From assembly GCA_051942205.1 (NCBI GenBank), contig JAVECO010000003.1, positions 186,001 to 250,000 of the forward strand: a DNA stretch of 64,000 nt. The letters are read 5' to 3'. Position 1 is the stretch's first letter; every line of letters starts with the position of its first letter. Made by a program: the position numbers and the translations under genes. Shown piece by piece: positions 38,001-48,586 of this stretch. The notes under the pieces are model-generated. The model was not told the origin of the DNA. It did no database searches and saw only the letters and a program-made list of their open reading frames with translations. The DNA comes from Coniocarpon cinnabarinum. Lineage: Eukaryota.

Positions 38001-39672
38001 CTGGGCTCCCATGAGGTGGAATTTGACCTGGAGTCTGAGCAGGCATGTGTGGGCTTGCAACCGTACTTGTGACAGTCATCTTGTATGTCGAATACACTGT
38101 GCTTGTAGCCGAAGAGCTCCCGGGCGAAGCAGTTGGTGCAGCGTAGGCAGTTGGAGGCGTGTAAGGACCACCAGTGCCGGGGATTGCTTTGTCCACATCG
38201 TTATTACTGGCGGCTGGTTTATAGGAGCCAGGATACGGACTCGCTGGTGGCGCCGGGGAGAACAGGCCAGGAGTTGGTGATGCAATAGAGCCAACGGGTG
38301 TTCCGTTGTCGTTGATGATCGCACCTGATGGAAATCCGACTGAACTCAATGGCAGCCCGTTGGTGTCCGTGTCAGTTTGCGAGACTGGCGACGCCGGACT
38401 GTACGTCACGGAGGCCGGATATGTGCCAGATGTAGTGTCTGGCGCACCCGTATCTGGCGATCCTGCGGAGGGGAAAGCGCTTACTCCTGCTGCTGCCGAA
38501 GTGCCCGTTGGACATGTCGAGACAGTCACGGTGACGGTTGAAGGACTGCACGCTCCACTAGCTCCAGCAGCAAGCTGTTGGGTTCCAGGCTGGGGGGAGC
38601 CCTCTGGCGTGGGAGGTCTCACAGTGGGCACTGGCAACCCCGCATTGTCAGCACCGTTGGCGGAACTTGCTGGGACTGTAACGTAATGGGTAGAGGAGAC
38701 AGTACTCGTCATTGAAATAGTAGACGACGCACCTGGAGCATATGGATTGACAGATCCGCCGTAAGCGGGCCGTCCACCGGCGCCTGAAGAATTCTGAGGT
38801 GCCCCAAGACTGGGAAATGGTGGAGCTTGACTGCCGCCAGATCCTGCGTTTGGCGAGTATGCTGGCATGAGAGGAGTGTTTGCCGGGGTAGCAACGCCTG
38901 GCGAAGCAGGCGCAGTGTTTCCGCCGATGACCGCGGAAGACGGCGCATACGGATTAGGTGAGCCAACTACCGATGTCTGCGATGCGGGAAATGTAGAGCT
39001 TCCGCCACCCGCTATGTTTGGTTGACCAGCTGGTGATGGGCTTGCGGTTGGCCCATATCCCAAGACTGGTGATGACAACGGCGCGACATATGCAGGCGTA
39101 GTAGCAGGTGTCTGCACAGGCGAAGAGCCTGCCACGGCGGCGGCGCTCGATGAGGGCGGAGGCTGGGAAAGACCTGCTGGAATGTTAGGCGCCTTGTTCG
39201 TACTATAGGGAATATTGGATGCGAGTGCTGGCTTTCCTGGCGAGTATCCAGAGGGACAGCTCGCCGATGCATTCACTATCGGAGGAATTGCATGCGGCGT
39301 CGGCGGCGCTAAGGAGGAAGCAATGCTCGACGTACCGCTACTTCCGAGTGGCGCAGAGTCACCCGTGCTTGAAGATTGTGTTGGTATTGGTGTATTGATT
39401 GGTGTTTCCTCGGGCGCAGGGACGCTGAAGGAAGTACCTCCGTTCCCGGAAAAGCCGTATTGTGAAGCCGTGGTGGACGTCGTGGGAGACGGTTCCATAG
39501 GTGTCGAAGTAGAAGTAGTGGGGATTGCTGCCCCATATCCTACAGGAGCTCCATAGTTTCCAGGCGCATCGCGCCGACGGTTTGCGTTGCTGTCTATTGG
39601 GCCATTGCCATCGATTTGAGCCGAGACAGCGCTAAGTAGGCTTGTCACTACGATGAGGACAAAACTGTGCAT
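35017..39672 (-). CDS. 1551-aa secreted Ser/Thr/Pro/Ala-rich mucin- or extensin-like protein
   Basis: Signal peptide MHSFVLIVVTSLLSAVSA; uninterrupted 4.6-kb ORF; recurring GY(N/D)xAP, NYQPAP and TCTTS units; no obvious GPI signal. Confidence 0.85.
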   Translation of the reverse strand: MHSFVLIVVTSLLSAVSAQIDGNGPIDSNANRRRDAPGNYGAPVGYGAAIPTTSTSTPMEPSPTTSTTASQYGFSGNGGTSFSVPAPEETPINTPIPTQSSSTGDSAPLGSSGTSSIASSLAPPTPHAIPPIVNASASCPSGYSPGKPALASNIPYSTNKAPNIPAGLSQPPPSSSAAAVAGSSPVQTPATTPAYVAPLSSPVLGYGPTASPSPAGQPNIAGGGSSTFPASQTSVVGSPNPYAPSSAVIGGNTAPASPGVATPANTPLMPAYSPNAGSGGSQAPPFPSLGAPQNSSGAGGRPAYGGSVNPYAPGASSTISMTSTVSSTHYVTVPASSANGADNAGLPVPTVRPPTPEGSPQPGTQQLAAGASGACSPSTVTVTVSTCPTGTSAAAGVSAFPSAGSPDTGAPDTTSGTYPASVTYSPASPVSQTDTDTNGLPLSSVGFPSGAIINDNGTPVGSIASPTPGLFSPAPPASPYPGSYKPAASNNDVDKAIPGTGGPYTPPTAYAAPTASPGSSSATSTVYSTYKMTVTSTVASPHMPAQTPGQIPPHGSPGPYYPPPSANATPRPQPSGAVYPYKPQNVTANLPHNQLGAHAIAMGMGAQPHSASDTTCTTSPTGVPGAASPSAMAAPSGSPGTLAPLPTTSGTSSAAGVSESTPTTHPSATSQNQNVATSGPPSAASPTGVAPPMQSSFSASNRGVSSPSAMEVPNTTQKTPSGSTSSDTTCTTSTTSSVTSSAAGVSGSKATLLPTSEAATTTTTYLHTTTQPGSSLSTSSTHSAPHLEGTTPASSPAASPASSPSSHASVQSSSSAHNYATAPSSVSSSARGLSSSAAGHSSITGTSSSSVSYSEHMSTQKSGTISSETCTTSTTASHGATTGTQPTSSAAAATHSGAPSTSIPHSAAPTSATKPSISSIEGTRPVEKGYNVAPPMSSAPSTPRSQASPATTLSTSHPAATSTGSTHPSSSASSTAKAASSATSHPTTPATSSGGYHSAPASSTSPSGSSTSKAAQSTSASHSQITSTPSSHNYGGAPSTNSSAHPSSSSTTSSRASYGTAPGPSHSTSGTSHTTPASLGSTSSAHPASVTSTSQKPGNYNTAPPSSSTSSHKPESSSVPLSSSHAALTSSTHSGGYTAAPSSSTHTSPSSSSSQKPGSSTVSTSSVHPTSTSKAPKGYSSVPTSSVHPASTSSTHPAGYNTAPTSTTHSTSATPVAKGPEHYAPASPASSSQPTSASSSSSKSSAASSHSASSTPSSSKVASYNTAPSSSSHSSVSTPTSQPGGYNAAPSSSAKPASSSSSHTTSSSKPAGYDTAPSSSAKPTSSSTTHTSSSQPGGYNAAPSSSKPTSSTSHTSSSSQHLSSASTPQQPAGYNQAPSTHSGSSSSHTSTSSHPTSSSTHSTSSSTHSTSSSSQPKPTPTSSQPNNYASAPVPSSTHPSQPTNYQPAPAPAPAPTHTSQPANYQPAPAPAPATHPSQPANYQTAPVPPPPAPPAPAPAPTHTSQPANYQPAPRPHAKRGDTTIMSRANSGKDGRSEKSETIGKSTRVFIA

Positions 39673-41194
39673 TTTGCAAGCTGGTCCAACACTGACGATG
39701 CTCTTCGCCCAGCTGGGCTAGTTGTAGCTGTTGGGGCAGGTTTGCGTGGTCAGGAATATCGATAGATCTAGCTTGAAGGACAAAGTTTCGAGAAGCTTGT
39801 CAAGCCGTAAGTATGTGAGACCTAGGATTCTAAGGTATACGCTTGTGGTGTTGCGTGCAGAGGGAGAGCCAACCAGAAAGTTCACCAGTCAGAAATGAAT
39901 GTCATGCTGCTTAACCAGCTTACACAGAGTGCTTGGTCGGAGAGTAGTATCGTGAATGAAGGAAGTTACAGCTGCCACGCGCGAAAGCAACGTCGGAAAG
40001 ACGAACAAAGGAGATGGTTGAAAGAGCTCAAAGAAAGACACATTATGACAATTGCAGACGTCTGACATGGCGACGGCAGGCCGAAAGGTCGAAGAACTTC
40101 TTTCTCTTCACACGAATGACATCAGCAAGTTACAGGACTGTCGTGGTGTTGTTCGTCGATGGCCTAAATGAGATGATACCGCTATCTTTTGTTTTTGAGC
40201 AAGTAGTGATCTTGTAATGTGTTTTACCTTATTGCATCTTGGACAGTGCAGATTCTGACTTTAACTCGTCGCTCACTGCCTTTCAAATGCATTGTTTCGA
40301 GAATTGATGGGCAATTCTGATAGGTATAGGTGCGGGAGTTCAGGGGATGATAGGACTATTCTTCAAAAGTCACGTGCAGCAGGATGCTCGTCAAGAATAA
40401 ACATGGCACGCTACGAGACCACCTGCACAGTGTCATGATCCTTCCAAGCGAACCAGGTACTGGATGCCCAGATGCACGTACTTCAACAACCGCGTCGAGT
40501 TCTCTTCTTCCTTCTCTACGGCCAATGATGAACCCCAAAATATTATGATAGGAAGAGTATGACCACCTTTCGTGTGCATGATTACTCACCAATTGTTCTA
40601 TCTCTGAGGCCGCATTCACATGACTTTATTGTTGTGAAGTTGAGATCGACAAGCTAGTTCGGTAGAAACGTCAAAAGAAATACGTTGAAGCTACATTTTC
40701 ACCACTGAGACAGTGCTCAAGCGTCGACATCGAGAGGCTGATGCGTTACATCATTACTGGTTGCTACTAAAAGCAGTAAGCTAGTCTCCTTGACCTTAAC
40801 ACTTCGTAATCGAGCTGCGTAGCACATCTCGTTCTGACGAGTGAAGGAGTTTACTCTAGAGCTACCAACGTTGTGATTGAGCGTCTCAACATTACTACTG
40901 AATGCCATGCATCAAATGGACAGTATCAACTGAATCGACAATTCATCGTCTCAAATCTACATGTGCACATTCGCCGTCAACACCGTACACGTGAAAGTAA
41001 ATGCCCCCAAGGGCAACGCTCGCAGGGACAAAACGCCTGCTATGCAATCGGCGCGTCACCAGTGCCCCTAAGTAGGTCCTTGCCCTGATAAGAGCATAAA
41101 CCAAATCCGCGACGCCTTGCAATCAAAGCACGAATCCAACGCCACGAATGCACACGCTTGCGCCCGCTAGACCTCACTCCATTGTCCTTACGCC

Positions 41195-43111
41195 TTAATC
41201 GTCGCCACCGCTCAGCTCGCGCTTGTCCCACAGACGACGACACAATTCTCGTGCGTCTTCTCGTGCGGAAAGTCGTTCCTTCTCGTCCACTGGACCATCG
41301 AGACTGCCTTTCCCGTCGAGACTTCCACGTCCCTCGAGACTGCCTCTTCCTTCCATGCTTCCTCGTCCAGTTGGCATTTTCTCGTCCTTGCCTGATATGC
41401 CCTGGAACATGACGCGCGGTCTTTTAGCAAAGCCGTTCGCATTTATGTTGGCGTTCCCGTTCGCATTGCCATTCGTATTCGCTATGCCATTCGCGCCTTC
41501 GTCTTTGATAAAGCTCGTCTTGTCCTTAGCGTCACCACTTCTGCTACTGCGATGACTCTTCCAGCTCTGACTAAGTACACCGTCTCCACTGCCACTCAAG
41601 ATGCCAACTCGGCTCTTCGCCATCTTTTTATTGTGAATAACTCTTGGAGTGACGGCGCCCACGTCTTCGAGTCGCTTGATAGCGCTCGCAAGGGGGTTCT
41701 GAAACATACGAGTGCGCCGGTACTCGTTGGCCGTCTGTTTGAATAGATGGTCCAACTGAGGATGGAGCCGGCCATCGGCAGCACCGTCATGTAGGTCGTA
41801 GAAGGGAACATTGGCGCTGCTGAGACGAGAGGCGCGGATGATGCTGAGGGGAGGTCCTTGTGCATTTGGCGGCTCACGAGCGAGGGACTCGCGCTCGAGG
41901 TTGAGCTTCTGCTGGGTACGGGAGATGCGCATGCTCGGGACATCAGAAAGGGATTTGTTGCGGCGGAGCTGATCCTGGTCATGTGCGTCTCTTTCTTGAT
42001 CTTTGCGCCATTCTTTCTCTGGAGAGTTGGAATGCGACGGGAGGAAGGCGCTGTGTGGGGTCGTGGATGTAGTTGAGCCGGAGTTGTGGAGAAAGCGGGA
42101 GACAACCTCGGCGTTGGTAGAATCAGTGGCAGAACCTGTCGAGATGCGAGGGTGATGGTTTCCAATGAGGACAGGCGTGGCGGCATTGGAGGATACTTGC
42201 GCAAGGGCGGGGGTGTTAAAGGAGCTGTTGCGTTTGAGCAGTCGAGAGGCGATGTTGTCAGCGTGCGGCGTCCTTGCGCGATGGTTCTGGGCGTGGCGGC
42301 TGTCTGAGTGCATAGACGAGATAGAGCCTCTCATCGACTCGACCGAAGGCTTGGTGGAGGCCTGAGGTCGAGCGTTCGCAGCGTTCTCTTCTTTTTTGTC
42401 CGGTGGCTCATTGTCACCCTGGGGATGCTGGCGATCAGGCTTGTGTGGAGAGGCAATGACAGAACTCGGTCGAGGGGTGCTGGCTCTCGTTGTGCTGGGC
42501 GATCGAGAGTCGGTGTAATTCTCCCATGCGCCTTCCTCCTCCTGCTCTTCCTCCGAAAGATCGGGTCCATCGGCGTCGTCTTGCGCCTGCCCGAGGTCAA
42601 ACCTGACGCCCGGCGCGACGGCAAAGTCTTGCTCTTGAATTTCCTGGGATGCGGAGTTTGAGCGCTCGTTTCGATGTGGTCGTTTGTGAGCTTTGTTGAC
42701 GTTGCGCGATGAGTTCGGCCGCACGAGCTTCCCCAGCTGGCCATTCGAACGATTGTTGCGTTTCAAGGACGTCTCGGACTGATTCTTGCGCAGGGCGACG
42801 CTCGAGTGGTCGCGCAACAACTGACCACTGGAGGCATTGCGCTTGACGGCCGTTCCATTCTGCTTGGGACTCAAGGGTGCATTGGCGGCCGCCGCGGGTC
42901 TCGCTGGGGTCAACTTGGAGAGCCGATTGAGGTTCTTGCCGTGGGAGAGGTTGCGAGGAGCGCCGCGACTTTGGCCGACGGCGAACTTGATGCTCTTCTG
43001 ACCGCGCAAGGAGCCAGGCAGGCCATCACCAGGCGAGCGGGTCAAGGTGGCAGAGCCGAGAGAATGTCGGTGAGAGAGGTTGGGGCGCCGTGGCGCGTCG
43101 GTGGAGGGCAT
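41195..43111 (-). CDS. TCO89: TORC1 subunit Tco89-like protein
   Basis: RNLSHGKNLNRL; SRTQQKLNLER; EYRRTRMFQNPL; C-terminal LCRRLWD. Confidence 0.75.
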   Translation of the reverse strand: MPSTDAPRRPNLSHRHSLGSATLTRSPGDGLPGSLRGQKSIKFAVGQSRGAPRNLSHGKNLNRLSKLTPARPAAAANAPLSPKQNGTAVKRNASSGQLLRDHSSVALRKNQSETSLKRNNRSNGQLGKLVRPNSSRNVNKAHKRPHRNERSNSASQEIQEQDFAVAPGVRFDLGQAQDDADGPDLSEEEQEEEGAWENYTDSRSPSTTRASTPRPSSVIASPHKPDRQHPQGDNEPPDKKEENAANARPQASTKPSVESMRGSISSMHSDSRHAQNHRARTPHADNIASRLLKRNSSFNTPALAQVSSNAATPVLIGNHHPRISTGSATDSTNAEVVSRFLHNSGSTTSTTPHSAFLPSHSNSPEKEWRKDQERDAHDQDQLRRNKSLSDVPSMRISRTQQKLNLERESLAREPPNAQGPPLSIIRASRLSSANVPFYDLHDGAADGRLHPQLDHLFKQTANEYRRTRMFQNPLASAIKRLEDVGAVTPRVIHNKKMAKSRVGILSGSGDGVLSQSWKSHRSSRSGDAKDKTSFIKDEGANGIANTNGNANGNANINANGFAKRPRVMFQGISGKDEKMPTGRGSMEGRGSLEGRGSLDGKGSLDGPVDEKERLSAREDARELCRRLWDKRELSGGDD

Positions 43112-44337
43112 TACGAGACAGACATGGATGTCACAGCACGGAGATTCTCGCAAGCAGCAGTGGACAGTGGAACTGACCTGCAGTGAAGGACGAGTGGTAT
43201 GGTATACGCAGAGGACGAATGAGCATTCAAAGGAGCGGTGACATTGGGGGACTGGTGCAAGAGCAAGAGGGGCTTTCAACTGCTACGCTCGAACTCTCAC
43301 CTGGAAGCTCACCGCCAGCACCAGCCTCTCGACCAGGAATAGCGTCGTCCAATGCTTGACTCGACGATTTGAAGCCAATCACTAAGCGCTAGGGCTGCCG
43401 CCGTGGCGCAGACCCTGACCTCCACTGATATCCAGTAGAAAGGTCGATCTCCCACGTCCAATTCAAAGTCCAGACGCTCTCCATCTTCATCTAACAAACA
43501 TACCGGTTCTTTGATATCTGCGGAGCATCCCTCTTGGCGAACGTCGTGTGCTTGATCCTCGCGCACGAGACTTGGCTGTGTCGTATATGCCTGTCTTGTG
43601 CAGATCTCCTGCACCGTCTCTGACGCCGCTGCTTGATTGATAATCATCCACCCGTGCACCCTCACTCTGTTGATCGAGAAAGGAGGGGACTCCTCGGCCT
43701 ACTTAACCCCGAGCATGATGGTCCATCGCCTCCGTGCTCCTGTGGGCCTGATCTGATCGCCCATCCGTGCCATCATCGCTGAAGGATTGTGTGCCAGCGT
43801 GGGTGAAACAACCTTGAGCCGCAGATGTCGGGGATTGACGCGAGGGCCCATCCAAACCACGATGGTCGCTGCACACTCTGGCAACCGTTGGCAAGGTATG
43901 ACCTGCATCGCTCACGGCAAGAGAGATGCAGGCAATGTGCTGCCCGTGTACCTGACACCCACGCACCTTAGATCGTGGTAGATAGTGTGCAGGCCACCTC
44001 CCAGCCCAGGCTCTGACTGCATTCCGCGGCGTACCCGTCCATGTCCGGCCGGTCGTTCTGTAGAAATTGTGCGAAATGCTTACAGGCCTCCGCAGTGCTC
44101 GCTTCATGGACCCCATTTGAACAGCGGCGCAGAGCGTTGGATCCACAGCGGACGAGCCGCTAAACACTACCGAGGCTAGGGCCCACTAACCCTTTAGAAG
44201 TTACCTTGGGCGAGGGACCGCCCAAAGGACGTCCATACCGGTCTTAAGCGTCATCGCGACGCCGACGGATTGGTCATCGGCGTCGAGACGTCTCAGAAGT
44301 ATATAATTTCATCTCGTCCCCGCGCCACTTCCTCCAG

Positions 44338-46039
44338 ATGGAAGCGCAATCCCTTGGTGCGAGCATGTCGAGTCACATCGCCAGCCAGAATGTCCGGACT
44401 GGCGATGCGTCGCCCACCCTAGGCTCGACCACCTCCAAACCGCTGCCTCCGATGCCGCCGGACAAAGATCTAGAGAAACAGACCGATGACGTACCCTCAC
44501 CCTCCAGCTCCTCTGGCAAGGAGTCGCCAGACCCGGACGACAACAACAACAGCAAGTCTTATGAAGTCCAATGGCAGCCGGACCTTGACCACGATCCCAC
44601 TTCTCCGCGCGCCATTCCCAAGCCACGCAAATGGCTCGTCACCTTCGTCGTCGCCTTCTCTTCCTTCTGCGTCACTTGCAATTCTTCCATCTACACCACC
44701 ATCTATGACCAGATTGACCCACGCTTTCACATCTCGCGTGAGGTCTCGACGTTGGGGCTAACGACCTTTGTTGGCGGTCTGATGGTTGGACCCATGTTGC
44801 TAGCGCCTTTATCCGAATTCTACGGACGACGCCCCATCTACATTTGCGCGTACGTGATGGTCTTTGTCTGGATCATTCCCTGCGCCGTCGCCCAGAATAT
44901 TGGCACCATTCTGGTCACGCGATGGTTCGATGGCTTCTTTGCGAGTGCCTTTCTGAGCGTGGCAGGGGGCACGATTGGCGACATGTTTCACAAACACGAG
45001 CTCTCTTTTCCGATGATGGTTTACTCAGGGTCTCCGTTCATGGGTCCAGCATTGGGTCCACTGATTGGTGGATTCATTAACCAGTACACAAGCTGGCGGT
45101 GGACTTTTTGGGTGTTGCTAATCTGGACGGGTGTACAGCTTGCACTGATTGTCATCTTCATTCCAGAAACCTATCATCCTGTCCTCTTACGGAACAAGGC
45201 GCGACGATTGCGGAAAGAGACAGGCGAAGAGCAATGGGCGGCGCCTATCGAAAAGCTGGATCGAAGCATTCCCAACGTCATCATGTGGAGCTGTATTCGT
45301 CCCTTCCAACTGCTCACCTTGGAACCGATGGTGCTAAACCTGTGTTTGCTCAGCGCCGTCTTGCTCGGCATCTTGTACCTCTTCTTTGGAGCCTGTTAGT
45401 TCCCTTGGTTTCTCCTTACTTTGTCGACCCACGGAATGATCACGTGCTGACTCATTTACAGTCCCTGTTGTCTTTGAGGACCACCACGGTTTCACTCTCA
45501 GCCAAGTCGGACTGTCATTTCTTGGTCTCTTTGTTGGCATGCTGCTCGCTATTTTCAGCGACGTTTTCTTCCAACGCTATTACCGCAAACTGATGAGGGA
45601 GCGCGAAGCCGCGGGCGGTGAGCGTGGCGGCACTGATCCAGAGATGCGACTTCCACCCACTGTCGTCGGCGTCTGGTTTGTCGTGGTCGGACTCTTTGGC
45701 TTCGGTTGGACATCATACCCACATGTCCATTGGATCGCACCAATCGTCATGAGTGGTTTCTTCGGTTTTGGCATCATCACCTGCTATGCTGGTATCTTTA
45801 CATTCTTGGTGGAGAGTTATCCTTTGTACGCGGCAAGTGCGCTGGGCGCCAACTCGTTTGCCAGGAGTGCATTTGCAGCAGGCTTCCCGCTTTTCGGTGT
45901 GCAGATGTACCATAAACTGGGTTCGCAATGGGCGACAAGTGTACTGGCGTTCATCGCATTGGCGCTGGCGCCGTTTCCGTACATATTCTTCAAATATGGG
46001 AAGCGAATACGGAAAAGAAGCCGATTCGCAAAGTCATGA
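44338..46039 (+). CDS. DHA1-family MFS transporter (intron about 45395-45461)
   Basis: GPMLLAPLSEFYGRRPIY; VAGGTIGDMF; GPLIGGF; PETY; PEMRLP; YAASALGAN. Confidence 0.92.
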
Positions 46040-48586
46040 GATCGGTAATGTAGCATCGCTAGATGAAATGGAATAAAGCATGTTTGATTATATGCAGTAC
46101 CGTACCTCATCCTGTTATCGCTAGGACCTTCAGTTCTGATCAAGCGCATGGTCAGTCATCCTGAGGGAATGGGACTCCGTAGGCGGGTAAGAGATCGGAG
46201 TCAACACAGAGACCATGAAAAGCACATCAATATTAGTAATAGGCTCAACAGAAGCGTATCGATCTGTCAGAGATGTGCGGCCAGAATGAATTTCGAACGA
46301 ACGTTGCCAATAGTGTTTGCGCTCGTATGGACTCAACGAATAATATGGCTGCAGAGCATGTCCAGAAGTGAGCCATGAATACTCCACGTATTGTCAGTGA
46401 ACGCACGGATACCAGCTTGCACATTAGACTTGGAGGGCATGCAGCTCATATCATTGACGTCTCTCCGCGTTGGGAGAGTTTTTTGCTGGAGAAACGAGCG
46501 CTCCATCGAAATGATAATTCTGCAGACATTCCAATGAAATCAATGCAATGCTGGCATTCAGGATCGGCGTGCATTTTGACGTGTACGCCCAGATCCGTCT
46601 TCACAGTCATGGCATCGTGCTGGAGCTCTATCCGCACTTGCTTCGTGCTTTTGAGATCTATGGCGCTTCGTTCAACACCTAGCTAAACTTGTTCATGAAA
46701 TCTGTGGGCACAGAACATCCGTCACGACAGATAAAATATCAGTGCATGTCATAGTGAACGTCTTGTCTGCACTTTGACTGCAGCGGTAAACAATGCAGTC
46801 AGAATGCTGCACGCCTTTAGAGCTCTTGGGCCCGATCAGATCTGATGCGGTTGCAATCGAGCATCATTATGCGATCAGCGGTTGTCTTAACTTCGGCAAA
46901 AGGCAAGCGACAAGTAAAGGATGGCCCCATGACAGGTGAATGTACATGCCAGGCTCACAGCCAGCGCCATGAAGCCTCCATTTTGATGCATTAGGACACT
47001 TTCACCTGGACACAACTGTTGGGCAGCCATGACTTCAGAAAATTTGCGCATTCATCTGAGACATTAGAGTCGTATTGGATGGCGAAAGCTTGCAGAGGCA
47101 TATGTGTTGCATGGATTTCTCACTCCCTGTCACGCAGGTGAGCATAGTTACGTCTGCAAGACGCCGAAAGGTGTTTTCTTTGAGCAATTTTTCTGAGATC
47201 GAGAAGTATTGGCTCCACTTCCTACCGACAAACCCGACTGAAGTCTAGCCCCTGATGGCCCATGAGGGTGACAACCGTCAGCGAGGACAAGTCATGATCG
47301 TAGATGTCTTGAGTGCAGACCAAGGTATAGACCAGCATTCAAACAAGAGGCACTCGTGCACAAAGGCGAGATGTCTGCACTGTCAGCTCAAAGCCTGTGC
47401 GACATAGGATAATGGATATCAGGAAGCCGTGGCTTGCCGATCACAGATGACGGCATGGGAAAGATGCAAGAACAGCTGCCTCGATTGATTGATAGCTCAT
47501 GGTGTTTCACAGAACGCCTGCTGCAGGAGAACGGCAGGCTGCATCTCTACCAGCCAGTCGGGCTTGAGGTGGTGCATCCGCGAGCGTCACCTTCTGCATG
47601 CGCAATCTGCATCTGTATCGTGAAAGGCTTATCACTCGTCTCGCCGAGTCGCGTCCACCATTGCAGGCGGCAAGAGCAAGCCGATTGTGGCGTGGATTGT
47701 GTGGAGGAAGAGCCTCTGGGCGAAGAGGAGAGAGACGACGAGGTCAAGCAGGTCGGTACCTACCTGAGTTATCTAGACGCTAATTGAGTTCCACCGATAA
47801 TTATCCATGTGACGACTTGGTGGGGGAGCGACCTCGATGAGCGACTTCAATGTACCGCGGTACTCGACCCCGAAGGCACCGTCAACACGTTCATTAATCA
47901 TACTTAAACCGCCCTACATAACATCTCAACAGATCAAACGGCTGTTCCTTTCCACCGGAGCCCGACCAAGCAGTGGTCTGGCGAAGGCGTCTCATTTTCA
48001 CACGCCGGCGTTCATCCACTGTCGCCGTCACCAGCCTTGGTGCCTCACCCTCAGCCACCTGCCGTCCTGCTTTGTCGAAGCCAGTCATTGACTTCCAACA
48101 TGTGCCATGCCACCACGTCTGGATGCTGCTGCGCGTGATCATCGAAAGTGCCATCTACTGCCACCTGAAGCATAGTCGTTGCACCTCTAACTGCGCGTTT
48201 CCTCCTCCACCTCTACCGAACTTTGTACATGCCACGACTCTCCACCAACGCTGACTCGTCCTGAGATGTGGCTAGCTCCGTCACACAGCAGTTCCGGTTT
48301 AACTGCCCGTGTACGCCATCGGGCCTGGCCGGTCCATGTGTTTGGCAGGCTCCCCAAAACGCCTCAGATAATCTCTTCATATTGGTCGGTCCCGAGTCCT
48401 GGATCCCACTCACAGAGTCTCTGCCCGAATGCCCAAGCTTTCTGCGGCTGACCTGCCTGTAGCTGGTTGAATCGAACCTTGTAACAACGGATCATTAAGC
48501 CTGACTTAGGCACCAAATTAGGAACACCCGTTCTTGCTCGTCTCGTACACACGCGGATCTGGAGATCGGGATCAAGATTTTTCGCC

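Noticed and set aside
35100..39556. Many overlapping antisense and alternative-frame ORFs
   Set aside because: Shadows of the repetitive Ser/Thr/Pro coding strand.
46100..48500. Short ORFs upstream of acuK
   Set aside because: No motifs or splice-consistent gene model; probably promoter and 5' UTR.
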